Shown: positions 51,164 to 62,484, counted from the stretch's first letter. The stretch is DNA of 64,000 bases from an uncultured Gemmatimonadales bacterium (GCA_963695185.1 CAVOGH010000001.1:272889-336888), one strand, 5' to 3'. Numbers and translations: made by a program. Notes: generated by a model not told the origin, from the letters alone.

Positions 51164-52434
51164 GGATCCTGGTTGTCGGTGGCGGGGGGCGCGAGCACGC
51201 GATCGTCTGGGCGCTGTCCCGCGAAGACCCCGCCGCCATGCTGTACGCCGCCCCGGGCAATCCCGGCACCGCGCCGCTCGCGACCAATCTCCCCATCGCC
51301 GCCACCGACCTCGACCGCCTCGCCGATGCGGCCGACGCCTACGGCATCGACCTGGCCATCATCGGACCCGAGGCTCCGCTGGCCGAGGGGCTGGCGGACC
51401 GGCTCCGCTCGGAGGGTCGGGTGGTCTTCGGACCCAGCCGGGCGGCGGCGCAGGTGGAGGCGTCGAAGGCGTTCTCCAAGGCGGTGATGGGACGTGCCGG
51501 CGTGCCCACGGCCGCCAGCCGCACTTTCACCGACCTCAACCAGGCGCTGAGCTACGTCGCCGCGCACGAGGAACCGCTCGTCGTGAAGGCTTCCGGTCTG
51601 GCGGCGGGCAAGGGGGCGGTGGTCTGCGCCACCCGGCAGGAGGCGCGTGCAACCCTGACCGCCATGCTGGGAGAGGGCAAGTTCGGCGACGCCGGACGGA
51701 CGGTGGTGGTGGAGGCGTTCATGCTGGGGGAAGAGCTCTCGCTGCTGGCGATCACCAACGGCGAGTCGGTGGAGCTCCTGCCCGCGGCGCAGGATCACAA
51801 GCGCCTGGGCGAGGGGGACACCGGGCCGAATACCGGCGGGATGGGCGCCTATGCACCCGTGACGATCGCCACTCCGGCGCTGCTCGAGCGGGCTCGGCGG
51901 GAGGTGCTCGCGCCCATGCTGGCCCAGCTGGCGCGGGAGGGCGCGCCGTACAACGGCGTCTTGTACGCCGGGCTCATGATCGCTCCCGATGGCGCCATCC
52001 GCGTGGTGGAGTTCAACTGCCGGCTCGGCGATCCCGAGACCCAGGTGGTCCTGCCGCTGGTGAGTGGCGGCCTCACCGAGTGCCTGTATCGCGTGGCCCG
52101 GGGCGAGGCCCCGTCCGCCCTGACGGTGTCGCCGGGCGCAGCCGTTACCACCGTGCTGGCCGCGGAGGGGTACCCCGACAGCCCTCGGAAGGGGGCGGTC
52201 ATCACCATTCCCGCGGAGCTGCCAGAGGGGGTCACCATATTCCATGCAGGCACCGCACGTGACGCCGACGGGACGCTCCGCGCGGTGGGCGGCCGGGTCC
52301 TCACGGTCACCGCGGTGGCCCCGACCTTTGCGGAGGCCCAGGCCAGGAGCCGGGCGGCCGCCGGCGCGATCCAGTTTCCCGGGAAGGTGTTCCGCCGCGA
52401 CATCGGCTGGCGGGAGGCCGCTCGACGCCGCTAG
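51160..52434 (+). CDS. purD: Phosphoribosylamine--glycine ligase
   Basis: GTG 51160 overlaps the upstream stop (GTGA). Motifs seen: VRILVVGGGGREHAIVWAL, LVVKASGLAAGKGV, DHKRLGEGDTGPNTGGMGAY and EFNCRLGDPE. Confidence 0.95.
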   Translation: MRILVVGGGGREHAIVWALSREDPAAMLYAAPGNPGTAPLATNLPIAATDLDRLADAADAYGIDLAIIGPEAPLAEGLADRLRSEGRVVFGPSRAAAQVEASKAFSKAVMGRAGVPTAASRTFTDLNQALSYVAAHEEPLVVKASGLAAGKGAVVCATRQEARATLTAMLGEGKFGDAGRTVVVEAFMLGEELSLLAITNGESVELLPAAQDHKRLGEGDTGPNTGGMGAYAPVTIATPALLERARREVLAPMLAQLAREGAPYNGVLYAGLMIAPDGAIRVVEFNCRLGDPETQVVLPLVSGGLTECLYRVARGEAPSALTVSPGAAVTTVLAAEGYPDSPRKGAVITIPAELPEGVTIFHAGTARDADGTLRAVGGRVLTVTAVAPTFAEAQARSRAAAGAIQFPGKVFRRDIGWREAARRR

Positions 52435-52484
52435 GGCTCGACCCGCCGCCGGGGCCCAACTGCGGGCCGCCTTAGATTCACTTC

Positions 52485-53417
52485 ATGCCCGAACTCCCCG
52501 AAGTCGAGACGATGGTGCGCGGGATCCGGCCTGCGCTGGAGGGGGTCCGGATCCGGTCCGCCACCCTTTCCCATACCGACATTCTCCGGGGCGTCACCCG
52601 GCCGAAACTGCTCGCCGCGCTGACCGGCGCCCGGATCCACCGGGTCTTCCGGCGTGCGAAGCACGGGGTGTTGGAACTGGAGATCCGTGAGCCCCGGGCA
52701 GCGACCACCCGACGGCCTGCGACCGGGGGCCTGGGAGCCGCTCGCGGCGACCCGCGCCCGACCGAGTCCCTTGGGATCCGGTCGTCCGCCCGTCGTTTCT
52801 TCATCCTCCAGCCGGGCATGACCGGCAACCTGCTCATCTACGATCGGCCGCTTGCGACCGCGGAGGCCCGCTACGCCGTCCTCCGCGCCCGGCTGGAGCA
52901 TGGCGGCGAGTTCGTCTTCCGCGACGTGCGGCGGATCGGCGCCCTCCGGCTGCTCGACCAGCGCGGCTGGGAGCGCTACGACCGGGCCCTGGGGCCGGAG
53001 CCGCTCGACCCCGCGCTCACCGTCGAGCAGTTCACGGAGGCACTCCGACACTCCCGTGCGGCGATCAAGAAGGTCCTGATGGACCAGAAGAAGCTGGTAG
53101 GGGTGGGAAACATCTACGCCAACGAAGCACTTTTCTCGGCGGGGATCGATCCCTCGAAGCCGGCGTACCGCGTCAGGGGCGAGAGTTATCTCAGGCTATA
53201 CCATGAGACGCGTCGCATCCTGCAGGCCGCGATTGACGCCGAGGGGACGACGTTTCGCGACTACCGGACCAGCACCGGTGAGTTCGGCGCGTTCCAGCTG
53301 GAGCTGAACGTGTACGAGCGCGAGGGGGAGCACTGCCGGGTGTGCGGCACCCGGCTGGCGGGGACCCACGACATAGACGCGCGGATCACGGTGTTCTGCT
53401 GGCGGTGCCAGCGGTAG
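52485..53417 (+). CDS. mutM: Formamidopyrimidine-DNA glycosylase with an internal insertion of about 35 aa
   Basis: The N-terminus is MPELPEVE. LMDQKKLVGVGNIYANEALF (H2TH) is present. The zinc finger is CRVCGTRL...CWRCQR. An Arg/Pro-rich insert (IREPRAATTRRPATGGLGAARGDP...) follows the first beta-sandwich strands. Confidence 0.88.
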   Translation: MPELPEVETMVRGIRPALEGVRIRSATLSHTDILRGVTRPKLLAALTGARIHRVFRRAKHGVLELEIREPRAATTRRPATGGLGAARGDPRPTESLGIRSSARRFFILQPGMTGNLLIYDRPLATAEARYAVLRARLEHGGEFVFRDVRRIGALRLLDQRGWERYDRALGPEPLDPALTVEQFTEALRHSRAAIKKVLMDQKKLVGVGNIYANEALFSAGIDPSKPAYRVRGESYLRLYHETRRILQAAIDAEGTTFRDYRTSTGEFGAFQLELNVYEREGEHCRVCGTRLAGTHDIDARITVFCWRCQR

Positions 53418-53526
53418 GAGCGGCTCGGACCCGCGAGGAGTCCGCCCCGTTCATGAGTCAGGACGCCCCTCGACGCGCCCTCGCCCCTGCCCCGCCTGCC
53501 CGCGGGACACCGCACCCCGAATCCCC

Positions 53527-56500
53527 TCAGTGCCTCCCGGTCCTGCCCGGGAGCGCCGGGGTGCGACGGATCGGTTGCGACCACCCACGCCGGAGACCCG
53601 GGGGCCGTGAGGCGATCAGGTTGCTCCGGACGATCGTGCCGTGGTCCAGCGGGTAGCACGCCGAGAGCGGGAGCGACAGCGGAGTCCCAATCGTGGAGCC
53701 GAGACTGGTTGCCTGCCGGGATACGGCGCGACAGGGGCCCCCGGGCGGAGCGGTCGGGAACCCTCCGTCAAAGTCGTAGGCGAGGAGCACGTTGTCATCC
53801 GCCTCGAACCGGGGCCCCTGCACGTACCAGCCCGGGACGACGTCCGTCGAAGTCGTGCCGACGCCGAAGTCGTACCGGTACAGGCGGGTTCGAATCACGT
53901 CGTTGCCCTGGGCATTGGGGTCGCTGTCCAGAAAGGCCACCCCGAACACCACCCCGCGACCATCGTGGCTGAACGCGGCCTGTTCGTTGCCGGCGTACGC
54001 GTCCACGTAGCTCGGCGCACAGGTGTCCTCCGGTTGCCAATGGAATGAGACCGGGGTACTTCCATCGAGGGGAATCACCCGGAGGTGTGTGGAGCTGAAA
54101 ACCCCCGATCCCCCGGCGGGGCATGACGTAAGCACAAGGTCCGCAGTCGGGGCCACGGCATACTCTCCGGTCGGGGATACCACAATCCAGCCGGCGTAGA
54201 AGAGGTCACCCGAGACGAAGGGATTCAGGATGCCCTGGTTCATGTCGCCCGGACCGCGCCCCGGGCCGGTGAGGTCGAGAAGTGGCCGGGCGTTGCCCCA
54301 GACGGAATTCTGAGGATCCACAAGACGGATATCGGCGGTGTCCCGCTCCAGGTACATCCGCCGGTGGACGTTGGGCAGGGTTTGAATCACGCTGCCCTGA
54401 TGGTTGATCACGGTGACGCCGGGGCCGTTGAGGGAGTAGGTGTCGTAGATGGAACTGCTCACCGCGATCCGGCGGCCCCCCTGGGCCACCGAGACGGACC
54501 CGTTGCCGAAGTGGTACGGGGCCGGCATGGGGTAGATGGACTGGGTTCCCCCGGGGCGGTCGAGCACCACCGCGCTGTCCACGTAGCGGACGTCGTAGCC
54601 GCAGATGGGGGTGCCGGGGCGCTCTCTTGAGAGGAGGCTGAGGGCACCGTAGGCGTCGAGTTGGTAGGCTGGCGACGCGGCTCCAGGTACTTGAATCTGA
54701 AGGGCCACGGAGGTGAGGTGCTGCCCAGTGAAGGGGTCAGACTTTGGCAGGGCCGCGCCGCGGACAATGTAGTCCTTCACCTGCGCAGCGGTCAGCGTCG
54801 GGTCCATGGACCACAGTTGCGCGGCCACGCCGGCCACCATGGGGGCGGCGTACGAATTGCCGCTCGCCGGGCGCGCGTCCTGCCCGGGAAAATCGCTTGG
54901 GTTCACGAGGACCAGGACTGAATCCGCGGGAGCCAGGATTGCAGTTCCACCGGCACCCGTCCAGTAGCCGCTCCTGAAGGTGCGTGAACCCGGGTTCGAG
55001 CCACCCACCAGGAGGACCTGGTTGGGGTATTGCGTTGCAAGCTGGGCGACGGCTCGATCCGTTGCCAAGGTCACCGAGTCACTGGCTGCGGCCACACTGC
55101 TCAAGGTGATGACCCGGTCATCGACCGGATACACCAGGAGGTTCTGCGAGCTGCTTGTGAGCCAAGTCTCCAGAACGGCTTTCTGTCGAGCAACATCAAT
55201 GGAGTCGGCACTGTAACCGTGAGGGGAGGAGGTGACCAAGAGATGAGATCCGGATGCAACGAGGTCCGGAAGCACCACGAGTTCCATCCAGCGTGTCTTG
55301 CTCTTCGTTACCGAATCTTGCGTCCCGTAGGCGTAGGCCGTGGACGGCGCTCCCCACAAGAATCCAGCGGCACCAGCACTATTGTCCCCCTGTGCCTTCA
55401 GAATTCCCGCTATTGCGAGGCCATGAGATCGGAGGTTCTTCGCCTCTGCGGAGTTCCCATACACGATTCCTGACGTATCCTGATTGGGGGCGACGACGCG
55501 GCGGGAGGGTGTCAGGTCGGGCTGCGCGTCAAGGGAAGTCTCGAGGATGGCAATAAGGGGGGTACTCGTCCCATACTCCCCATTTTCACACCCCCATGCG
55601 AGCGGGGCCCTCATGGCGCGCCAGGCAACCGTGGTACGCGAGGTATCAAACCAGGCGGCCCGAGGACTAAGTAACCCATCCGAAGGATATCGACCACGAG
55701 GAACAAGTGGGCTGCGGTAATACAAACGCGAGACGCTGTTGACACCCGGCTCCAGACTCATCTTTGCTAGCACTGAATCCACGGCAGCGAGGGAGGGACC
55801 CGGGTCAGGAATTTCGAACACATAGACGCCTCGAGGCCCCATGGGCAGACCACCGGCGATTGTGGCACCATACTTCCCCATGAACGCCCGGATTGCCGGG
55901 CCGTCCGCGGAGAGAGTGAACTCGACATCGACAAATGTTCGATAGATGAGTACTCCGCGGTAGGGCCCGATGCCCACCGTTAGGGTCGAGTCGGTACTCG
56001 GATGCCAATCATTGGGCAATAGAGGCGTGCTTGTGTCCACCCCCGTCACCCTTACCACCAGCCTCGGCTGGCTCCCCGACTCCCGGGAGAACACCATCGC
56101 CTCGCCGCCCTGCGCTTCACTGGTCTTCCGGAACACCCAGCCCTGGTCCAGCAGCGTGCCACCCAGATAGCCCTGCACATCCGCCGTCACATTGAGCCGG
56201 ATCACTCCGGTCTGCCCGTTGTTCACCGTCACCCGGTCGGTCTTGGCGGGCGCAAAGGTCCCGTTGCCGTTATTGGTCATGTCCCAGCCCTGGGTGGGAC
56301 AGTCGGGGACCCCGTTCCCGGTGTTGGCATCCACCGCGCAGTTCCAGGTGGCGCCCAGCTCGGCCCAGTCCTTGAGCACGCGGTGCAGGTCCACCGTCCG
56401 CTCGTTGGTGCCCCAGCCGCTTGGGCCGGCCTGGATGGTGAACTCCAGCCAGGCGCTGTCGAGCGTCCCCGCCCCTACCACGGTCCGGAGCGCGGTCGAG

Positions 56501-56745
56501 TCGAACCGGATCAGCACCCGGTTCTTGCCGCCGCCGCCCACCTGCAGGGCGGTGTCGGCCCCCCAGTTGGTATTGGGCAGGGTCTTCCGGATGTAGGTGT
56601 CCGCCTCGGGCAGGAGGGTGTCGGTCACCGTGACCAGCCGGCCCCCCGGGCCCTGCGTGAGCCGATCGAAGGGATCCAGGGTGTCGCGGCAGCCGCCAGC
56701 GAGCAGCAGGCCGGAGGTGGCCAGGGAAAGGAGACAGGCGAGCAT
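53527..56745 (-). CDS. Large secreted/lipoprotein S8 (subtilisin-like) peptidase with N-terminal DNRLRE/CBM96-like module and C-terminal beta-rich region
   Basis: The lipobox is MLACLLSLATSGLLLAGGC (ATG 56745; the longest ORF runs to 56793). The N-terminal module reads EADTYIRKTLPNTNWGADTALQVGG...RVLIRFD. The S8 His-box-like segment is RSHGLAIAGIL and the Ser box is SGNSYAAPMVAGVAAQL. The ORF is intact. Confidence 0.75.
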   Translation of the reverse strand: MLACLLSLATSGLLLAGGCRDTLDPFDRLTQGPGGRLVTVTDTLLPEADTYIRKTLPNTNWGADTALQVGGGGKNRVLIRFDSTALRTVVGAGTLDSAWLEFTIQAGPSGWGTNERTVDLHRVLKDWAELGATWNCAVDANTGNGVPDCPTQGWDMTNNGNGTFAPAKTDRVTVNNGQTGVIRLNVTADVQGYLGGTLLDQGWVFRKTSEAQGGEAMVFSRESGSQPRLVVRVTGVDTSTPLLPNDWHPSTDSTLTVGIGPYRGVLIYRTFVDVEFTLSADGPAIRAFMGKYGATIAGGLPMGPRGVYVFEIPDPGPSLAAVDSVLAKMSLEPGVNSVSRLYYRSPLVPRGRYPSDGLLSPRAAWFDTSRTTVAWRAMRAPLAWGCENGEYGTSTPLIAILETSLDAQPDLTPSRRVVAPNQDTSGIVYGNSAEAKNLRSHGLAIAGILKAQGDNSAGAAGFLWGAPSTAYAYGTQDSVTKSKTRWMELVVLPDLVASGSHLLVTSSPHGYSADSIDVARQKAVLETWLTSSSQNLLVYPVDDRVITLSSVAAASDSVTLATDRAVAQLATQYPNQVLLVGGSNPGSRTFRSGYWTGAGGTAILAPADSVLVLVNPSDFPGQDARPASGNSYAAPMVAGVAAQLWSMDPTLTAAQVKDYIVRGAALPKSDPFTGQHLTSVALQIQVPGAASPAYQLDAYGALSLLSRERPGTPICGYDVRYVDSAVVLDRPGGTQSIYPMPAPYHFGNGSVSVAQGGRRIAVSSSIYDTYSLNGPGVTVINHQGSVIQTLPNVHRRMYLERDTADIRLVDPQNSVWGNARPLLDLTGPGRGPGDMNQGILNPFVSGDLFYAGWIVVSPTGEYAVAPTADLVLTSCPAGGSGVFSSTHLRVIPLDGSTPVSFHWQPEDTCAPSYVDAYAGNEQAAFSHDGRGVVFGVAFLDSDPNAQGNDVIRTRLYRYDFGVGTTSTDVVPGWYVQGPRFEADDNVLLAYDFDGGFPTAPPGGPCRAVSRQATSLGSTIGTPLSLPLSACYPLDHGTIVRSNLIASRPPGLRRGWSQPIRRTPALPGRTGRH

Positions 56746-57060
56746 CGGTCGGGCACCTCGGGGCGCGGGAGCGCGCAGGAAGTCCTGCCACATGATGGAA
56801 CCGCCGGGAGGAAAGATGGGTGACCGGGCGCACGGGTGCGAGCCGTGGTCGACCGGGGAACCGCAGTTCTATCGAGGATACCGACATGGGGGGGGCGCAG
56901 GGGGTGCCGGCGCCGTCGGATTCGCCGTCATGGTCACCCGAGTTGGGTGCGGTGAACTCTCGCCCGAACCAGGGCGGCGGCCGACCGGCGTATATTCTGG
57001 AGCGCGCTCACTCACCTATTAGACCGAGCGCCGCTGACTGCCGAAACCCAAGACCGCCCT

Positions 57061-58156
57061 ATGGCCACTGCCCTCCGCCTGGCGCTTCCCACCGCTGATC
57101 TCGATCAGCTGCGGGAGCGCGTCCGCCGACTGGCGGAGCCACGTCCCGGTGTCTACCGCATGCTGGATCCGCTGGGCCGGGTCATGTATGTGGGCAAGGC
57201 CAAGCGGCTCCGCGCGCGGCTCATGTCCTACTTCCGGGCCCGCTTCCCCGAGGACAAGGCGGCCCGGATCATCCACGCCGCGGCGGACATCACCTGGGAC
57301 TACTGCTCCAGCGAGTTCTCTGCGCACCTCGGCGAGCTGCGGCAGATCGCCCGGCACCGCCCCGCGTACAATCACCAGATGAACCGGGCCCGCCGCACCC
57401 TCTTCATCAAGGTCTCCGGCGACCGCGCGGCACGGGTTTCGGCCGGCGGGGCCACCGGGCGCGAGGACCAGCGCTGGTACGGACCGTTCGTGAGCCCGGC
57501 GCGGGTGCAGGCCGGCGTGCGCACCCTCAACGACCTGCTCAAGCTCCGCGACTGCGCGCCCACCATGCCCATCGTCTTCGCCGGACAGATCGACCTGTTC
57601 AGCACCGCACAGCAGGCCGCCTGCATGCGGCACGAACTGGGCAGTTGCACCGGGCCCTGCGCGGCGCTGGTCACCGAACTGGACTATCGCCGTCAGGTGA
57701 GCAAGGCGGTGGCCTTCCTCGAGGGCCGGAGCATCGAGCCGGTGGACCGCACCGTCCGGGAGATGCAGCAGGCCGCGGCCAGTGCGGAGTTCGAGCGGGC
57801 CGCCAAGTGGCGGGAGCGCTTCGAAGAGCTGGAATGGCTGCTCGCCGCCACCAGCCGGGCCCGCGCGGCCATCGCGGGACTCACCTTTGTGTACCGCGAC
57901 CGGGGCGACTTTGGCGACGATTGGGCCCACCTGATCCGCCATGGCGTGGTGCGCGCCAGCTATCCGTGGCCGGGCACCCCGATCGAGCATGAAGCCTTCC
58001 GGGGTGTGGTGCAGGATGAACTGTCCAGGCCGGCGCCCGCCGCCCGGCCCCTTGCCATTCCAGCAGCTCGACGAAATCCTGCTGGTGATGGCCTGGTTCC
58101 GCCGCCACCCCGAGGCGTTCCGCCGAACCAGCAAGCTGGAGAGCTGGGTGGAGTGA
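57061..58156 (+). pseudogene. UvrC N-terminal-half homologue (GIY-YIG plus UVR domain, Cho-like nuclease); one frameshift near 58040
   Basis: The GIY-YIG region is PGVYRMLDPLGRVMYVGKAKRLRARLMSYF. The Cys cluster is C...C..PC. The UVR-like region is EFERAAKWRERFEELEWL. The C-terminus PFQQLDEILLVMAWFRRHPEAF...WVE is in ORF 57941. There is no EndoV/HhH half. Confidence 0.75.
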
Positions 58157-58157
58157 G

Positions 58158-59679
58158 ATGATGCGGGGCGGTCGGCGAGGGAGAATCCAATTGCAATACC
58201 TGAATCATCCCCCGGGCTCCGACAGGCCGCCCGGTTGCCTGGCCGGTGCGTTACTCCTCGCGACCCTGACCGCCGCGTCCGGGCTCGAGGCGCAGTCGCC
58301 GGGGCGGCGGATCGACGCGCTGGTGCGCGCCTACGCGAACAGAGCCGCTTCAACGGCACGGTCCTCGTGGCCCACCACGGCCGGGTGATCTACCGCAAGG
58401 GCTTCGGCTGGGCCAACGCGGAATGGCAGGTCCGCAATACCCCCACCACCCGCTTCCGCATCGGCTCGATCACCAAGCAGTTCACCGCCACGCTGATCCT
58501 GATGCTGGCCGAGGAGGGCAAGCTCCGGCTCGACGGCACCATCCGCGAATACCTGCCCGAATACCGCGCGGCCCAGGGCGATCGGATCACGATCCATCAA
58601 CTCCTGACACACACCTCCGGGATTCCCAACTACACCGACCTGCCGGGATTCATGGCCGACGTGAGCCGGAACCCGGCCACACCGGCCGACTTCGTTCGGC
58701 TGTTTGATACCCTGCCTTTCGACTTCGTCCCCGGTAGTGCCGTTCAACTACAGCAACTCCAATTACTTCCTGCTCGGCGCCATCATCGAGCGGCTGGAGG
58801 GAGAGCCGTACGACCGGGTGCTTCGGCGTCGCATCCTTGAGCCGCTCGGGCCTGAAGGCCACCGGCTACGACTGGAGCGCGGACATCATTCCCGAGCGCG
58901 CCAGCGCCTACCTGATGACGCTGGGCGGACTCCGGCACGCCGAGTACCTGGACATGTCACTACCGTACGCCGCGGGCGCGATGTATTCCACGGTGGAGGA
59001 CCTGTGGGGCTGGGACCAGGCACTCTCCGAGCACAAGCTCCTTTCGGCCGAGTCCTCCCGGCTGATGGAGACTGGCCATGTGCGCGCCGGCCCCGGCTGG
59101 TACGGCTACGGCTGGTTCTCGGAGCGGGTGGACCGCGGCGCGGAGCGCGACAGCGCTACCGCCATATCGCACAGCGGCGGGATCAACGGATTCGCGGCCA
59201 TGAACTACCGCATCCCCGAGGACGGGATCGCGATCATCTGGCTGGATAACAGCGGGCAGGGATCTCCGCTGCACGAGCGGATCCGGCAGATTCTCTACAA
59301 TCTCCCTTACGAGACGCCGCGCCCGTCCATCGCGCGAGCCCTCCTGCCGGTCATCAGGGCGGAGGGCGTGGGTGCAGGCATCCGGAAGTACCGGGAAACC
59401 AGGGCCCGCACACCAGAGGCATATGTCTTCGACGAGCCCGAACTCAACACCCTGGGCTACGCCCTGCTCCGCGGCGGCCGGACCGCGGACGCGGTGGCCA
59501 TCTTCAGCCTGAACGTCGAGATGTACCCCGCCGGCGCCAACACCTACGACAGCCTGGGAGAGGCGTACCTGGCCGCCGGAGACACCACGCTGGCGCGCGC
59601 CAACTACCGCCGCTCGCTCGACCTCAACCCGCAGAACGGCAATGCGGCCACCATCCTCCGGCGGATCGATTCCGATTAG
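58158..59679 (+). pseudogene. Beta-lactamase-fold serine hydrolase with C-terminal TPR-like region; three frameshifts as sequenced
   Basis: A signal peptide is present. The sequence reads FNGTVLVAHHGRVIYRKGFG...FRIGSITKQFTA (SxxK)...LLTHTSGIPNY...FNYSNSNYFLLG...HSGGINGF. The TPR-like tail is YDSLGEAYLAAGDTTLARANYRRSLDLNP. Pieces lie in ORFs 58158, 58235, 58704 and 58837. Confidence 0.8.
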
Positions 59680-61854
59680 GCGCTGCGCCGCCCTGGGACT
59701 GGTGGCGTTACTGGGCCCGTCGGAGGACTGACCGCCCAGCAGGGCCCGGCGCGCGTCGAGGTCGAACGCATCGTGGCCGAGGTGGCGGAGACGGACGACC
59801 GCGAATGGCTCGAGCGCGTGGCGCGGACGCTCCGTCAGCGCAGCGACAGCGACAGCACCCTCGGCGCGCTCCGCGCCTGCATCTCGGCTTCGTCGGGCTC
59901 CGGCTGATCGAGCTGGGGGCCAAGAGCTCGGTCCCCAACGGGGACTTCGAGGTCGTCTGCCGGCTTCGGCCGGACTGGGTGTTCGCCTGGTACGGGCGGG
60001 GGCGGGCCAAGCGCGCCGAGGGCGATTGGCTCGCCGGGGACGGGCTGAATCTCGGGACCCGAGTCGGCTTCGGCGCATACGAAGAGGCCGTGCGCTACTT
60101 CCAGCGAGCCCTCGCCCTGGAGCCCGATTTCGTGCCCGCACTCCGGGACCTGGCCGGCACCGTCATCCTTCTCAAGGACACGGCGAGGATTCGCGGCGTG
60201 CTCCTTCCCGCCCTGGCCCAGTCTCCGGCCGCCGCCTATGACAGCATGGTCCTGCTGTCGCGGATCCGGCGCCGAGCGCAGCTTCGGCGACCCGCACGCG
60301 GCGCTGGAGGCCTCGAATCGCCTGCTTTCCCTGGCGGGGCCTTCGGCCCGCACCTTCCGCGAACTGGCCTGGAGCGGATTCCTCGCCGGCGACCCGGAGG
60401 CCGCCGGATTCTATTTCGAGGGAGCGGGCTACGACGACTCACTCGGCGTGGCGCTCTACCGCGAGGACCTCGCCCTGATCGCCGACGGCGCCACCCTCGT
60501 GGAGTTTGACTCCAGCCGGGGCGGCGCGCGGGTGGATTTCCTCCGCCGCTTCTGGCGGGACCGGGATCAGGCGGCCCTCCGTCCCGAGGGCCAGCGGCTG
60601 GCCGAGCACTACCGGCGGATCGCGGAGGCGGAACGACGCTTCGGGCTGGAGGTGAACCGGCGCTATCATCATGCCTGGGACAGCTATCGCTCGGGCTCGC
60701 TCCGCTTCGACGATCGCGGCATCGTGTTCGTCCGGTACGGAGACCCCGACGACGTCGCGTCAAGCGTCAGCTTCGGCCTGCCGCCCAACCTCACCTGGCA
60801 CTATCGCCGGGCCGACGGAGACCTGCTGCTGCACTTCGCCGCGAATGCCGGCAGCTACGAACTGGGCACCGGCGGTGACATCCACGACTACCGCCTGATC
60901 CCCAGCCTCTGGGCGATCATCCGGCCCGGGGGCCCGGCAGGCCAGACCGCGCTCGAGGTGCTGCTGGAGAGCCGCTGCACGCTCTACGAGCCCTACTGCA
61001 AGTACAACGGCTGGGGGCGATTCGGCGGGATCAAGATCGTTACGGACGAACAGCAGCTGGTGGGCGCAGAGCACCACACTCGCCACCGAAACCGACGGCC
61101 ACGAGCTCCGCTTCCGGCGACAGCTCGTGGCGACGCCGCGCTCTTCGCCGTGGGCAGCACGGCGGGGCAGCCCGTGGTCCACGCCGTCTGGCAGTTGCTG
61201 ATGGCCCGGCCGCCCGACATGGATTCCTCGCTCAGCCTCCGGACCGTGGCGCGGGTGCGGTTGGCCCTCTTCGACAGTGCCGGACAGTCCGTGGGGTGGG
61301 TGGACACCACGGTGTCGCTCAGTACCCGCGCCACCCGCGACACCGTCGTTGTGCCCGGGAGAGTGGCGGTGACGGTGCCGCCGGGGCCATGGCGCTACCG
61401 GCTCGCCATCATCACCGACGATTCGACCGGCCGGGTCTTCGCCACCGATTCGGTCAATCCGCAACCGGTGGATGGGCGGCGGCTGGTGCTGAGCGACCTG
61501 GTGCTGGGCCGGCGCGACGTAAGCGTGCCCTGGGCCGCCGCGCGGGCCGATACCGCCTGGTTCACGCCCGGGGCCCGGTGGCAGCCGGGAGATGTGCTGG
61601 AGGTCTACCACGAGATCTACGGGCTCGCGCCCGAGGAGGCCTACCGCGCACGGCTGGTGGTGTGGCGCGGACGCCGGCCGGTGCTCAGGCTGGGATGGGA
61701 GGGGCGGCGCAGCGGCGGGGGTGACGCGGGTCACGCGGACGCTCGACCTCGCCAGCCTCCGGCCCGGCGACTACCGGCTGGAGATCGAGATCACTTCGTC
61801 GAGCGGAGCACGGGCGAGGTCCTCACGCGCCTGGAGGTCAGGGACTCGAAGTGA
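59642..61854 (+). pseudogene. GWxTD-domain protein with N-terminal TPR-like region; at least 4 frameshifts as sequenced
   Basis: The core in ORF 60238-61854 reads FLRRFWRDRDQ...RYHHAWDSYRSGSLRFDDRGIVFVRYGDPDD. N-terminal pieces lie in ORF 59805 and an unlisted frame (signal-like CAALGLVALLGP). The C-terminal LDLASLRPGDYRLEIEITSS is in ORF 61592. The start at 59642 is tentative. Confidence 0.6.
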
Positions 61855-62484
61855 GGATGACCGGCACCCACAGCTCCGGCCGAGCGCTCCACTTCCGTCG
61901 GGTGCCGGACCCCGGCAGGGGCCGGCCAGGTGTGCCAACCGTGGGGCGCTTCGTCGTAGACCCGAAAGGCGATGGCCGGAGTCCCCTGCTTTGGCCTCGA
62001 GGAAGTAGGCCCGGTCCAGCCGGAATTCGAGCGACCATCCCCCTGCGCCTGACACCGACCGGACCTCCCAGCCCCCGCCCTCCCGCTCCGCCCCCAGCCG
62101 CCAGTCGGGATCGTGCCGCGGGACCCGCCACTTTCCCTGCTCCCCGCGGTAGACCACGCTGCTGTCGAGCACCCGGCGGAAATACCACTGGAAGTCGTCG
62201 TGCCCCGGTGCCGCGCCGCGATCGCCCCACACATCGAGGCTGATCACCACGTCATCTCCCCAATAGAACGACGTGTCCGGTAGCTGCACGGCCAGGTACA
62301 CCCACCCCTGGCTCTCGACCGCCCAGATCCGCACCGCGCCCTGCGGTCGGGAGATGATTGCGATGGGCGCCCCGTATTCGCCCTCGCTCGCGACCCCGTC
62401 GAAGGCCGGTGGCACCGGGCTCGCAGAGATCCGGAGCGTGTCCGGTGACGGAGCAAGCAGGGCCAGCAGCAGGCAGGTCAGCAT
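61791..62484 (-). pseudogene. Secreted hypothetical protein (CBM9/DOMON-like by eye); one frameshift near 61985
   Basis: The signal peptide is MLTCLLLALLAP. The sequence reads FDGVASEGEYG...VRIWAVESQGWVYLAVQLPD...WGDDVVISLD...WSLEFRLDRAYF, then continues as AIAFRVYDEAPHGWHTWPAP in ORF 61791-62234. The 3' end is uncertain. Confidence 0.45.

Noticed and set aside
61791-61854. A real 64-nt convergent overlap between the GWxTD gene and the CBM9-like gene
   Set aside because: Both 3' ends lie in the indel-dense block, and both need frame corrections within 200 nt of the overlap. The overlap is probably caused by masked stop codons.
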